From positions 192,001-256,000 of the forward strand of contig CAVXGR010000015.1 in assembly GCA_963761335.1 (NCBI GenBank): a stretch of DNA of 64,000 nucleotides, given 5' to 3'. Below the pieces are notes generated by a model that saw only the letters and a program-made list of their open reading frames with translations, searched no databases and was not told the origin of the DNA. The position numbers and the translations under genes are program-made. Each line of letters opens with the position of its first letter. Position 1 is the first letter of the stretch. Source of the stretch: an uncultured delta proteobacterium (lineage in GTDB: Bacteria > Desulfobacterota > Binatia > HRBIN30 > BPIQ01). Positions 50,397-60,672 of the stretch are shown piece by piece.

Positions 50397-50924
50397 ATGA
50401 AGCGAGCGCACGCGTTGATTCCGGGGGCCCTGCTGCTGGCGCTGGTGGTGCTCGGCTGCGGTGGCAATTGCCGTGTGCTTCTCTCCGACGGGCAGGTGAT
50501 CGGCTGCGCCGAGGTGCCGCCCGGGCCTGATGACCTGGCCTTCGGCAGCGCCGCCGAGGTGCTCGTCGAGGATGCGAGCACCGGCCAGCGGCTGTGGATC
50601 GGCATCAGCGGCGCCGACGGCGGCACGACCTTCTGTGCGTTTCAGGCGCTGCGCGACAGCGGCCGCCTGTCGTGGATCGGCGGAAAGGTGGTGGTCGCCA
50701 CCGATCGCTCGCCGCCGTTCTTCTTCGATCCGCAGACGATTCTCGCCGCGGAGATCACCGCGGAAGCTCTGCAGACGACCATCGCTCAGATTGCGCAGGA
50801 TCCCGAGTTCTTCACCCCGGAGGGGGCCGGTGGCCTCGACCACTGGGTGGTGCCTGCGCAGGTGATTGCCGTCGAGATGCCGAGCAGCGAGCCGCTCCAG
50901 TGCCCGACGCCGGCGGCGGGGTGA
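50397..50924 (+). CDS. Hypothetical lipoprotein
   Basis: Lipobox VLGC; SD GGAGG. Confidence 0.6.
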   Translation: MKRAHALIPGALLLALVVLGCGGNCRVLLSDGQVIGCAEVPPGPDDLAFGSAAEVLVEDASTGQRLWIGISGADGGTTFCAFQALRDSGRLSWIGGKVVVATDRSPPFFFDPQTILAAEITAEALQTTIAQIAQDPEFFTPEGAGGLDHWVVPAQVIAVEMPSSEPLQCPTPAAG

Positions 50925-51193
50925 GCGTGGCAGATCGCGATACCGCGGCGCGCGCCGACGAGGAGAGACGCATGCGCCGGCTGCGCCTGTTGGTGGACAC
51001 TGCCGCCGTGGTGCTCCGGCATCGGCCACTGACACACCCCGAGGCCGAGATGCTGGTGGCCCACGTGCGCGCCCAGGTGCTGGCGCTCTTTCCGGGCAAG
51101 GAGGACACCTTCGACCTCATCTACGGCGCCCGCTTTCGCCGACTTCTCCGCGAGCGCTTCGGAACGACGCCTTCGGGCGAGAATTGCGGTTGA
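50921..51193 (+). CDS. Small hypothetical protein
   Basis: EERRMRRLRLLVD...LFPGKEDTFDLIYGARFRRLLRERF; GTGA overlap with upstream stop. Confidence 0.7.
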   Translation: MSVADRDTAARADEERRMRRLRLLVDTAAVVLRHRPLTHPEAEMLVAHVRAQVLALFPGKEDTFDLIYGARFRRLLRERFGTTPSGENCG

Positions 51194-51292
51194 ACCGCTC
51201 CCCTCGGGGGAGCACAATGGGCCTCGCTTGCGGCGTGCCCTGGGGGAGAGGGGAGGCGCGGATGTGGTTCTCGGGCGCCGGGAGTCGTCGCG

Positions 51293-51574
51293 ATGAAAGG
51301 AGTAGCGCGGATATCCTTTCAGGGAGGTGCCCTCTTCGTCCCGGTGAAGACTCCCTACGAACGCGAGCTGCTCTTCGAGCACGTGGCTCTCTACACGAAG
51401 CGCCACGGCCACATCCTCCTGGAGCTGAACCGCCGGCACTGGACGGTGCGGCGGGTCCTGGCCGCGGAGCAGCCGCAGCTCTGCAGCGGCTGTGGCAAGA
51501 GACTCGACTATCTGAGCTATGCGCTCGGCGCCCGCGCTTTCTGCGGCGCCTGTGCGCGTCGCGATCTGCGGTGA
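51293..51574 (+). CDS. Small hypothetical protein with CxxC...CxxC
   Basis: CSGC and CGAC; stop overlaps the next GTG. Confidence 0.55.
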   Translation: MKGVARISFQGGALFVPVKTPYERELLFEHVALYTKRHGHILLELNRRHWTVRRVLAAEQPQLCSGCGKRLDYLSYALGARAFCGACARRDLR

Positions 51575-52575
51575 AGGCGATCGCGGGCCGGGCCCTCTTC
51601 GGCGCCGTGCTGCTCCTGCTCGCCGGCTGCCAGGAGCCGTTGCGGGTGCCCTACATTCCGGCGGAGCTGCACGGCTGGCCGCGGCCCTATCGGGGTGTCT
51701 CCGGCATCGAGGTCCACGTCCTCGATACCGGCACTCTGCGGGTGCGCGAGGGCCTGTTGTTCCGCGGCGGCTCGATGATGAAGGTGCGCTCGCTCGAGTC
51801 GCTGGTCTTTCTGATCCATCATCCCCGCCACGGCTGGATCGCCGTGGACACCGGGCTCGATCCGGCCCTGAACGACGACGCCGTCGCTTCGCGGCAACTG
51901 GGCACGGTCCTCGCCCTGCTGCTGGACGTCGGCGTCGTCGACGGCGGCATTCGCGGCGCCATGCAGCGCGCTGGCCTTCACCCCGAGCGGGTGAAGACGG
52001 TGATCCTCTCCGATCTGCATCTCGATCACGCCGGTGGCCTCGACGTCTTCCCGCAGGCGCGCGTGGTCGTCTCCCGGCGCGAGGTGGAGCAGGCCGCGCA
52101 GGGCGGCTTCGGCTACGCGCCTCCCGACCCCGAGGAGACGGGTCATTGGAAGCAGATCGACTTTCGCAGTGACACGCCGCTCGGCACCTTCCCTCGCCAC
52201 CTCGATCTCTTCGGTGACGGCAGCGTCGAGCTCATCGACGTCGCCGGACACTCCGCCGGCAGCATCGCCGTCCTTGTGCGCGCCGCGCCGCGGCCCATTC
52301 TCATCGCCGGCGACCTGGTCGCGGTGGCCAGCGGGTTGCGCGACCCGGCAGCGCCGGCCGCGGCCTGGAACGTCGAGAGGCAGTGGGAGTCTCTGTGGCG
52401 CCTGAAGAAGCTGATGCAGCTGGTTCCCGATCTCATCGTGCTGCCCGGTCACGACCTCGAGGCGGCGGCGGAGGTGCAGTCCGGGGAGGTAGTCGTGCAC
52501 GAGGAAGAGGAGCCGGCTCCGGAGCCTTCGCCGACTGCGGAGCGCCAGCGCTGGCGACCGGCACCGCTGCAGTGA
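51571..52575 (+). CDS. Lipoprotein of the MBL fold, AHL-lactonase-like
   Basis: LLAGC, VDTG, SDLHLDHAGG, GHSAG, AGD, PGHD. Confidence 0.8.
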   Translation: MKAIAGRALFGAVLLLLAGCQEPLRVPYIPAELHGWPRPYRGVSGIEVHVLDTGTLRVREGLLFRGGSMMKVRSLESLVFLIHHPRHGWIAVDTGLDPALNDDAVASRQLGTVLALLLDVGVVDGGIRGAMQRAGLHPERVKTVILSDLHLDHAGGLDVFPQARVVVSRREVEQAAQGGFGYAPPDPEETGHWKQIDFRSDTPLGTFPRHLDLFGDGSVELIDVAGHSAGSIAVLVRAAPRPILIAGDLVAVASGLRDPAAPAAAWNVERQWESLWRLKKLMQLVPDLIVLPGHDLEAAAEVQSGEVVVHEEEEPAPEPSPTAERQRWRPAPLQ

Positions 52576-52692
52576 TTGGCACGAGGTGTTGGGTGTTGAG
52601 GTGTTGGCTGTTGGGGGGAAGATCCTCCCCAACACCCAACACCTCGCGTTCCGGTTGACTCGAAGCGGCTCGGAGTGCCTGATTGCGGCGTC

Positions 52693-53949
52693 ATGATTGA
52701 GGCGCGCGGCAACGGGGCGGGACCTCGCCGCCTGGGCCTGGTCCTTTCCGGAGGGGGCGCTCGCGGCGCCTATGAGGCCGGCGTTCTGTCGTACATCTTC
52801 GGCGATTTCACGCAGCGGCTCGGTCGCCGGGTGCACTTCGACATCGTCACCGGAACCAGTGTCGGCGCCATTCACGCGTGTTATGTGGCGGCCTCGCAGG
52901 ATGACGAGGGAGCCAGTGAGCGGCTCGCGGACATCTGGCGATCCCTGAGCCTGGAGGAGGTGTACCGCGTCGGCGCCAGCGACCTGCTGCGCGTGCCCAT
53001 CCGCCTGCTCGGCTTCGGGCGCATGGGCGAGATCACCGGCGGCCCAACCGCGGACAGCCCGGAGAGGATCGAGGGGCTCTTCGACACCAGTCGCCTGGAG
53101 GAGCTGGTGCTCGGGCGCATTCCCTGGAAGCAGCTCCGCCGCAATCTCGAGTCGGGGTCACTCGAGGCGCTGGCGGTTGCCGCGACCGAGATCGCCACCG
53201 GCCGCTCGATCGTATTCATCGACAGCCGCCTGGAGGCGCCGGCGTGGCCGCGCGATCCGTTCATTGTCGCCCATCCGACGCGCATCCGTCCGGAGCACGC
53301 CCTCGCCTCGGCGGCCATTCCGCTCCTGTTTCCCGCCATCCGCATCGGCGGCGCCTATTACTGCGACGGCGGTCTGCGGCTGAACACACCGCTGGCGCCG
53401 GCGCTGCGCCTCGGCGCCGATCGGGTGATGGTGGTCGGTCTTCGCCACCCGTCGACGCGCGCCGAAGAAGACCGGCTGGCCCGCCGCCGGGAGACGAACT
53501 ACTCGAGCCTCACCTATCTCGCCGGCAAGGTGCTCAACGCCTTGCTCCTCGACCGCATCGAGTACGACGTCGACCGCCTCGAGCTCTTCAACGCCATCCT
53601 CGAATCGGGGGTGCGCAGCTATGGGCCCGGCTTCATCGAGCGCATCAACGAGCCGATCACCGCCCTGCGCAACACGCCCTACCGCATTGTCCGCAAAGCG
53701 TTCCTGCGGCCCTCGGAGGATCTCGGCGTGATCGCCTCCGAGTGCCTGCACACGCAGCCGCCGACCCAGGGGATCCGCGATTGGTTCAGCCGCAACATCG
53801 CCCGCTACACGGCCCGCGGCGCTCTCGGTGAGGCCGATCTGCTCTCGTATCTGTTCTTCGACCGCTGCTACGCCGAGCGCCTGCTCGACCTCGGCCGCCG
53901 CGACGCCGAGAACGCCACCGACGAGCTGCTGGAGTTCTTCGGCGAGTAG
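52693..53949 (+). CDS. Patatin-like phospholipase
   Basis: SGGGARGAY, GTSVG, DGG. Confidence 0.92.
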   Translation: MIEARGNGAGPRRLGLVLSGGGARGAYEAGVLSYIFGDFTQRLGRRVHFDIVTGTSVGAIHACYVAASQDDEGASERLADIWRSLSLEEVYRVGASDLLRVPIRLLGFGRMGEITGGPTADSPERIEGLFDTSRLEELVLGRIPWKQLRRNLESGSLEALAVAATEIATGRSIVFIDSRLEAPAWPRDPFIVAHPTRIRPEHALASAAIPLLFPAIRIGGAYYCDGGLRLNTPLAPALRLGADRVMVVGLRHPSTRAEEDRLARRRETNYSSLTYLAGKVLNALLLDRIEYDVDRLELFNAILESGVRSYGPGFIERINEPITALRNTPYRIVRKAFLRPSEDLGVIASECLHTQPPTQGIRDWFSRNIARYTARGALGEADLLSYLFFDRCYAERLLDLGRRDAENATDELLEFFGE

Positions 53950-54012
53950 TTCCCGAAGCCTGCCGGCGCAAGAGTTGGCAGGGCGTTACCCTCTGCTATG
54001 CTGTCCCCGCCA

Positions 54013-54789
54013 ATGGCCGATCAGCACTTCCTGATGCGCTGGCTGGGGCGATACTCCCCGGGGGTACGGCTCGCCGTCGAGCGCGGTGTCGCCTCGGGCG
54101 TCGTCAGCGAGTATGCCTATCGCAACGTACCCGCCGGAAAGGGGCCGGTCGGCCGCGCCATCGATCGCCGCTTCCTGTCTCTGCAGCCGTGGCGGGATCT
54201 GCGCGAGCAGGCGTCGGTGACCAAAGGGCTGGTGCGGCTGGTGGTCGCCGAGCGGCGCTCGCAGGGTCTGCCGACCACCGTGCTCGACGTCGCCGCCGGC
54301 TCGGCACCGTATCTCCGCGAGTTGGTCTCCGAGATCGGCGACGGCAGCCTGTCGATCCACTGCTTCGACCGCAACGCCTTCGCCGTGTCGCTCGGCCGCC
54401 AGCAGGCGGCTCTGGAGAGTCTTTCGAACATCCAATTCGCCGTCGGCGACGTCCTCGATTCTTCCAGCTATCTGGTTCCTCTGAACCCCGACCTGCTGCT
54501 CGCCATCGGTCTCTTCGCGCATCTGCGCAGCGACGCCGAAGTCAGGACGGTGATCCAGCTGGCCTACGAGTCGGTCGCTCCGGGCGGTTACTTCGTCGCC
54601 ACCTGCACGAGGTCGCCGGCCTCCCGTCTCAGTGGCTGGGCGACGCGCGCTCTCGGTGCCAACACCGTCTTTCGGCCGCGGGCCGCGATTTCCGCGTGGC
54701 TCGTCGAGGCGGGCTTCACCGACGTCAGCCGGCGCTTCGTCGAGACGGCGCAGAGCGCCGTCGTCGGGCAGAAGGCGCCGGCGGGGTAG
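54013..54789 (+). CDS. Putative SAM-dependent methyltransferase
   Basis: VLDVAAGSAPY, GLFAHL. Confidence 0.75.
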   Translation: MADQHFLMRWLGRYSPGVRLAVERGVASGVVSEYAYRNVPAGKGPVGRAIDRRFLSLQPWRDLREQASVTKGLVRLVVAERRSQGLPTTVLDVAAGSAPYLRELVSEIGDGSLSIHCFDRNAFAVSLGRQQAALESLSNIQFAVGDVLDSSSYLVPLNPDLLLAIGLFAHLRSDAEVRTVIQLAYESVAPGGYFVATCTRSPASRLSGWATRALGANTVFRPRAAISAWLVEAGFTDVSRRFVETAQSAVVGQKAPAG

Positions 54790-54831
54790 GGACTGTTCAG
54801 GAGCCCGGCTCGATGACGCTCGGCCTCCGGC

Positions 54832-55071
54832 TCACGCCACGATCCTCAATGGCTCTCCGCGATTGTGCAGAATAACCAGTTGATCTCTCCGCAGTGCGAG
54901 CTCGGCATATGTCTGCCCGTTGTCGTCGCTGAATTCCACCTCGTAGACGCCTGGTGCGAGAATCTCGACGACCGTGCCGACCTCCCCGCGTTTGAGCTTG
55001 CGTTCCGGAAGGTCTTCAAGTAGCGCAACCGTGTCCAGCAGCTTGATGCTTCTCCTTCGTTGGGCCATCAC
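54832..55071 (-). CDS. DUF4926 protein
   Basis: LDTVALLEDLP..L.RGEVGTVVE..YEVEFSDDNGQTYA. Confidence 0.88.
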   Translation of the reverse strand: MMAQRRRSIKLLDTVALLEDLPERKLKRGEVGTVVEILAPGVYEVEFSDDNGQTYAELALRRDQLVILHNRGEPLRIVA

Positions 55072-55412
55072 CGTTTCCTCTGCTTCACGTAGCAGGTCGT
55101 CAAGCGCGGGACCTTCTTACCATGGATGACGATCCAGCCGCTACGAACGGTTGCCGTTCCACGCGGTGTCACCATCGTGAAATCGATTGTGTACCTCTGA
55201 CCGTAGACGTCCAGTTCACCGACCTTCGCATCCCCGGTCCGCGCGATTTCCAGCAGCCTGGCCCGCAGCTTTGGAGCATCGGCAGGCGTCAAACGGAGCG
55301 CTGCGGCAAAGGCACGCGCCTTGTGCCGTCCCCGGGGGCTATCTGGATTCAGGCAGTAATCGGACAGCTTTCGAAGGTCGACGATTGCCCGTTCTCCATT
55401 TGGAAGCCTTAC
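55068..55412 (-). CDS. DUF6883-like protein; start codon apparently lost (GTA)
   Basis: RLPNGERAIVDLRKLSDYCLNP..GRHKA...YGQRY...SGWI..PRLTTCY. Confidence 0.7.
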   Translation of the reverse strand, partial: VRLPNGERAIVDLRKLSDYCLNPDSPRGRHKARAFAAALRLTPADAPKLRARLLEIARTGDAKVGELDVYGQRYTIDFTMVTPRGTATVRSGWIVIHGKKVPRLTTCYVKQRKR

Positions 55413-55501
55413 GACGGGAAACTACGGTAGCCCTGCTCACGGAGCAACCGTTGCCCTGGACCAGATGGGCGTACTGGCCCGCTGCAACGCCTTGATAAGT
55501 G

Positions 55502-56023
55502 TTACCCAGCTCTCCGTGGTTTCACACGAATCCGTTTCCCTCCCTTGAGAAAGCCGCGCTGCTCGGTGAGTTGTCGCAAGAGTGCGGTCTTCTCTTCGAA
55601 CCTGATACTGCCCCCGGGATGCTCGACCAGTTCTTGAGCGAGCTTGAGCCCTTCGACAAGGTTTGCGATTGCCGACTCGTAGGCCTGCGCGAAGAACGTG
55701 TGCGCGAAAATTGGCCGCTCTTTTTCGCCAAGCCACTCGATGACGTCGCCGGCTCGTTTCGCCCGAGAGAAAAGAACTGCCTCAATGAGGCGCAAGGCGA
55801 GAACGAGCGCCTAGACGGAATCTTCTCCTGCGGCCGCATCAATCTTAGGCCGTCCTAGACCAATAATCTCGAACGGACACCACCAGGGATCGCGGGGCGT
55901 CGCGCTCGGCTGGCGCACCGGCTGACCAATCCTCACGACAACCTGCCGACGCCGACCCCGGTGGGGTTTGAAAGACAGCCGGCGGGACGCGACCTCAAGT
56001 CCAAGCTCGATCGGTTTCCACAT
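55502..56023 (-). pseudogene. DUF6968-like gene with in-frame TAG at 55811-13
   Basis: WWCPFEIIGLG...GEDSV*ALVLAL continues in the same frame to 55502. Confidence 0.65.
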
Positions 56024-56239
56024 GCGATCAGTAATTCGGCGGTGAGCTCGCCCCACTGACTATTATCCGATCACTGATGAACGACCCGATCGCGCATGAT
56101 CCGATGTCTACCACACTGGCCGGATGAGCGAGAAGGAGGAAAACGCGAAGGCGCAAAGGCGCATCACCGTCTGGGCGCGGCCAAGGCCAGTGCCTCCACC
56201 GCGACAATTTCTCGTGTGGGATCGTTTTCGGAGGCAGGA

Positions 56240-56656
56240 TCAGAGCCGCCGAAACTTCGGAAGAGTGACCTCTTCCGAGACCTGCTCGAAGACCACCTGC
56301 ACCGGCATGCCGATGCGCACTTCGTGGAGGGGCACACCCACCAGGTTGGAGATCATTCGCGGCCCTTCCTCGAGCTGCACGAGAGCCACGGCGTACGGCG
56401 CCTCAGCGGCGAAGCCGGGGTGATACACCTGGTGCATGACGTTGAAGCTGAAGACTTCGCCGCGCCCGCTGACCGGCACCCACTCGCTGTCGCGCGAGAG
56501 GCAGTGCGAGCAGATCTCGCGCGCCGGGAAGCGCAGGCGGCCGCAGCTGTGGCAGCGCTGCACCACCAGCTGATGCCGGCGCGCCGCCTCGAAGAAAGGC
56601 CGCGTCTCGGCGGTGATCGAGGGAACGGGCTTGGCGGTCGGGGCGGCGTCGCTCAT
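56240..56656 (-). CDS. DUF35 Zn-ribbon/OB-fold protein
   Basis: QRCHSCG..CSHC, SGRGEVFSF, LEEGPRM. Confidence 0.92.
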   Translation of the reverse strand: MSDAAPTAKPVPSITAETRPFFEAARRHQLVVQRCHSCGRLRFPAREICSHCLSRDSEWVPVSGRGEVFSFNVMHQVYHPGFAAEAPYAVALVQLEEGPRMISNLVGVPLHEVRIGMPVQVVFEQVSEEVTLPKFRRL

Positions 56657-56669
56657 CTCTCGGTGGACC

Positions 56670-57857
56670 TCAGGCGGCCTGGTTGCTGAGAATCAGCGTC
56701 GAGTGGGTGGAGAGGATGCCGCCGTTGCCGCTCACCAGAGCCGTTCGTGCCGCCGGCACCTGCCGCTTGCCGCCGTCGCCGCGCAGCTGGATCACCGCCT
56801 CGGAGATCGGGGTCATCCCCCACATGTAGAACGACGAGAGCTGCCCGCCGCCGGTGTTGACCGGCAGAGCCCCGCCGGGAGCGAGCTTGCCGTCGGCGAC
56901 GAAGGCGCCGCCCTCGCCCTTGTTGCAGAAGCCGTAGTCTTCCAGGCAGACGAGGACGGTGAAGGTGTAGCAGTCGTAGAGCTCGACGACGTCGATATCG
57001 GTGAGTGTCACGTCTGCCATGCGCAAGGCGTGCTCCTTGGCGAGCCCGGCGCCGGAGGCCAGAGTCTCGACCGGATCTCCCCCGGGATGCCCCTGCCCCA
57101 TGCCCCAGACGTGGACCGGCGGTCGCCTGCAGTCAGCGGCGCGCTCGGCCGAGGTGACGATGACGGCGATGCCGCCGTTCGACACCAAGCAGCAGTCGAA
57201 GAGGTGAAACGGCTCGACGATCCAGCGCGACTGGCGGTAGTCGTCGAGCGACATGGGAGTGTCGCAGAACTGCGCCGCCGGATTGAGGTTGGCCCACTGC
57301 CTCTCGGCGACGGCGATGGCGCCGAAGTGGTCGTTGGTGGTGCCGAAGAGGTGCATGTGGCGGCGCGCCACCATGGCGTACATGGCGTTGACCCCGAACT
57401 GCCCGTAGGCGGCGTCGAGGCCGCGGGCGAAGGCATAGGCACCCGCCGAGCCGCCGCCGCCTTTGCTCTCCGCCTTCGGCCGGGGCGGCTTCAGCGGCGC
57501 GTCCGAGAAGACGCAGGCGACGCTGCGGCAGACGCCGGCGGCGATGGCCTCGACGGCTTGCTGCACCATGATCGCGGCGGTGGCGCCGCCGGCGTTCATG
57601 GTCGCCGACATGTGCAGGTTGCGCAGCCCGAGAGCCTGCTGCAGCTGGAACGAGCCCATGCCCTGGTCGTTCCACGACAGGCCCGGGTTGAGCAGCAGGC
57701 CATCGAGGTCGTGGCGCTCCATTCCGGCGTCCTCGAGGGCGAGGCGCACAGCTTCGACCGCGAAGCCGATGTGATTGCGGTCGTAGACTTTCCCCTGCGG
57801 AGTGATTCCCAGGCCGGCAATCGCGCATCGGCCCTTCAGATTCGCGCTGTTCGCCAC
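56670..57857 (-). CDS. SCP-x/Ltp2-type thiolase-family protein
   Basis: LNPAAQ, DCCLVSNG, LYDCYT, NTGGGQLS, EAVIQLRG. Confidence 0.9.
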   Translation of the reverse strand: MANSANLKGRCAIAGLGITPQGKVYDRNHIGFAVEAVRLALEDAGMERHDLDGLLLNPGLSWNDQGMGSFQLQQALGLRNLHMSATMNAGGATAAIMVQQAVEAIAAGVCRSVACVFSDAPLKPPRPKAESKGGGGSAGAYAFARGLDAAYGQFGVNAMYAMVARRHMHLFGTTNDHFGAIAVAERQWANLNPAAQFCDTPMSLDDYRQSRWIVEPFHLFDCCLVSNGGIAVIVTSAERAADCRRPPVHVWGMGQGHPGGDPVETLASGAGLAKEHALRMADVTLTDIDVVELYDCYTFTVLVCLEDYGFCNKGEGGAFVADGKLAPGGALPVNTGGGQLSSFYMWGMTPISEAVIQLRGDGGKRQVPAARTALVSGNGGILSTHSTLILSNQAA

Positions 57858-58037
57858 CGAGACTGGATACGCGGCGGCGCGCCGGGGCGCAAGACGGAGA
57901 GCGCGCTCCGGTAAAGACGGCGCGGCAAGTGGCCCTCACGCGACCCGGCTACTGATCCCCTGCGCCCGATTTGCTGCCCCGGTTGCCGGGAGTCGCGGCC
58001 GACGGCTATGGTCGGGGCGCGGCAGAGAGGAACGGGC

Positions 58038-59057
58038 ATGGCAATCCTACGCGCGGAAGAGCTGACCTACACCAAGGTGCGCGCCCTCGACTTCGGGCGT
58101 ACCATCTGTTTCCTGCCGGTGAGCGCCCTCGAGGTGCACGGGCCGCACCTGCCGCTGGGGATGGACTTCTTCATGGCGCGCTGGATGGCGGAAGAGACCG
58201 GCCGGCGATTCGCCGAGGCACATCCCGGTTGGACCGTGGTGCAGTACCCGCCGCTGCCGCTCGGAACTGACGAGCTTCCGCTGGCGGGGTCCATGAACGC
58301 CGATCAGCGCACCGTCTACGGCGCCGTGCGTGCCCACGGTGAATCACTGGCGCGCGCCGGCTTCCGCTACGTGGTGGTCACCAACGGCCACGGGGGACCG
58401 CGACACGCGGCGGCGCTCGAGGCCGCCTGCCGGCACCTCAGCAAGCGCCGCGGCGTTCACATGTTCAGCCCGTCGATCGCCGCTCTGCACGCCATCATCA
58501 GCGGGCAGAAGTTCGAGCAGATCGAAGAGGTGCTGCAGCGCTCGCTGACCGACGAGGAGCGTTCCGGGCTCGTCGGCGGCGAGCACGCGGGCGGCTGGGA
58601 GACGTCATTCATGCTGGTGCAACAACCGGAGCTCATCGAGCCGGAGTGGCGCCGGCTGGGTCACGACTCGCCGCCGCCTTTCGCGCCGCTGCAGAGGGCG
58701 GCCGACGCCATCACCGGATGGATGGGGCGGCGCGGTCGCGACGTCACTCATCTGCGCGAGATCAGCGGCGGCCTCGCCGAAGGCATCGGTTGGCTGCTGA
58801 ATGCGCACTTCGGTTACGGTGGCGCCAGCGTCAGCTACCACGGTAACCCGTCGCTCGCTTCGCCCGAAATGGGGCAGGCCTTTCGCGAGGTCATGGTGCG
58901 CGAATGCCTGGCGCACGTGGAGGCGGTCACCTCGGGAAGGACCCCGGCGACGGCCGTGCGCAGCATTGCCTCCGATCCCGCCATCATCCAGCCGCGGTTC
59001 TGGTCGCGGCTCGGCCTGGCCGCGGTCGCCGTGATTCTCGCCTTCCTGATCTTCTGA
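58038..59057 (+). CDS. Creatininase-family amidohydrolase with C-terminal TM
   Basis: EVHGPHLPLGMD, NGHGG, HAGGWETS. Confidence 0.85.
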   Translation: MAILRAEELTYTKVRALDFGRTICFLPVSALEVHGPHLPLGMDFFMARWMAEETGRRFAEAHPGWTVVQYPPLPLGTDELPLAGSMNADQRTVYGAVRAHGESLARAGFRYVVVTNGHGGPRHAAALEAACRHLSKRRGVHMFSPSIAALHAIISGQKFEQIEEVLQRSLTDEERSGLVGGEHAGGWETSFMLVQQPELIEPEWRRLGHDSPPPFAPLQRAADAITGWMGRRGRDVTHLREISGGLAEGIGWLLNAHFGYGGASVSYHGNPSLASPEMGQAFREVMVRECLAHVEAVTSGRTPATAVRSIASDPAIIQPRFWSRLGLAAVAVILAFLIF

Positions 59058-59222
59058 CCGGCTGCCGAACCGTTATCGAAGTGCGGCTCCAGGTTACAAT
59101 TCTGGCGAGCCGCCGCCTTGAAGTGACCTGCCGACGCCTTTCGTGCGGCATTTCAACTCGCATGTCGCTGGGGCACGGATCTTGATCGTCCCCGTCATTC
59201 TCACCCGGGGAGGAGAGAGCCG

Positions 59223-60659
59223 ATGACGGGACTGATGGCAATTGGACGGCGTTTCTCAGGGTTGCGCAGGGAGTCTCAAAACGACCTTCTGCGCAACAAG
59301 AAGGCGGCGGTGGTGACCTTGCGCTGGCTTCTGGTGATCGCCGCGTCCTATCTGATGCTCTTCACCGGTCCCGGTCGGCCGGGGTTGGCGGTGGCGACGG
59401 TCGCCGTCCTTCTGGTCGGGTCCAACGCCGTCATCGCCCGCCTGCCGGAGCAGCTGATCGCGTTGCCGGGATTCGATCTGCTGCTTCTGCTGCTGGATAC
59501 GACGCTGCTGTCCGTGGGCTTTTATCTGACGGACGCCATCGGCCCCGACTTCTACGTCCTCTACTTCTTCGTCGTCTTCGTCGCCGGAGTCAGCGAGCGG
59601 GTGACGCTGGTGGTCGCCGGCGCTCTGCTGGCTTGTCTCGGCTACCTCGCGGTCTCCGACTTCTCCCTCAACTCGCCGTCGATGAGCGCCAGCGCCCTGG
59701 CGCTGCGCGTCTTCTTCATCCTCGGTGTGGCGCTCTTCTACGGCTTCTTGGTGGAGCGCATCCGCCTGGATCGGGAAACGCGGCAGGCGGAGTACGTGTC
59801 GCGCCTCGAGGAGGTGAACGCTCGCCTGCGCGAGCTGGTGGAGATGAAGCAGTCGTTCGTCGGTGCCGTTTCCCACGAGCTGCGCACGCCGCTCAACGCC
59901 ATGCTCGGCTACATCGATCTGGTGCGCGAGGGCGCCGTCGGCGAGGTGAACGGCCCGGTGTGGTCGTACATCGACAAGGCCTATCGGCGTGGCCAGCACC
60001 TCCGCCATATGATCGAGGAGCTGCTGAGCTTCTCGACGCTGTCGCGGGGCGAGGCGCGGGCGCGCCGGCGGCAGACGGACATCGCCCGGCTGATGGGACG
60101 CATCCGCGACACCCTCGAGGCCACAGCGCGGGAGAAGGGGCTCGACCTGCGGTTCGATGTGCCGGAGGACATCGGCAGCATGTCGACCGACGCCGGCAAG
60201 CTGGTGCAGATCCTGCTGCATCTGGTGACCAACGCGATCAAGTTCACCGCCGCGGGTGAGGTGCGGGTGTCGGTGCGGCGCGCCGAGGTGCAGCACAACG
60301 GCGACGGCGCCGTCCCGGCGCTGGAGTTCGCGGTGCGCGACAGTGGTGCCGGGATCTCCCCCGAGAAGCAGGAGATCATCTTCGAGGACTTTCGTCAGGC
60401 GGACGGCTCCATGACCCGCCTCCACGGCGGCATCGGTCTGGGACTCGCCGTCTGCCAGGGCCTGGCGCGGGTGCTCGGGGGCGAGATCTCCCTGCAGAGC
60501 GCCGTCGGCAAGGGCACGACGGTGACCCTGTGCATTCCGACCGACCTGCCCCTCGGCGCGGATCAGGGTGCTGCGGACGGTGCCGACCAGGCCGGCGAGG
60601 AGATGCGGCTGGTCCCGCCTGCGGTCGAGAGCCGCCGGGAGATGGTCGCCAGCCGCTGA
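59223..60659 (+). CDS. Membrane sensor histidine kinase
   Basis: About 5-6 TM; SHELRTPLN, NAIKFT, DSGAG, GIGLGL. Confidence 0.92.
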   Translation: MTGLMAIGRRFSGLRRESQNDLLRNKKAAVVTLRWLLVIAASYLMLFTGPGRPGLAVATVAVLLVGSNAVIARLPEQLIALPGFDLLLLLLDTTLLSVGFYLTDAIGPDFYVLYFFVVFVAGVSERVTLVVAGALLACLGYLAVSDFSLNSPSMSASALALRVFFILGVALFYGFLVERIRLDRETRQAEYVSRLEEVNARLRELVEMKQSFVGAVSHELRTPLNAMLGYIDLVREGAVGEVNGPVWSYIDKAYRRGQHLRHMIEELLSFSTLSRGEARARRRQTDIARLMGRIRDTLEATAREKGLDLRFDVPEDIGSMSTDAGKLVQILLHLVTNAIKFTAAGEVRVSVRRAEVQHNGDGAVPALEFAVRDSGAGISPEKQEIIFEDFRQADGSMTRLHGGIGLGLAVCQGLARVLGGEISLQSAVGKGTTVTLCIPTDLPLGADQGAADGADQAGEEMRLVPPAVESRREMVASR

Positions 60660-60672
60660 GCTCCGGCGCGGA

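Noticed and set aside
52583..52646. GTGTTGG heptamer hairpin, and CCCTCTCCC hairpins at 36684-36826, as ncRNA genes
   Set aside because: They look like common intergenic palindromic repeats; nothing supports a defined RNA
55811..55813. Pyrrolysine or other recoding of the TAG
   Set aside because: A single C-to-T change from the expected Gln codon in a decaying islet; no pyl genes seen
58038..59057. Mycofactocin peptidase MftE
   Set aside because: No mft genes nearby; only generic creatininase motifs
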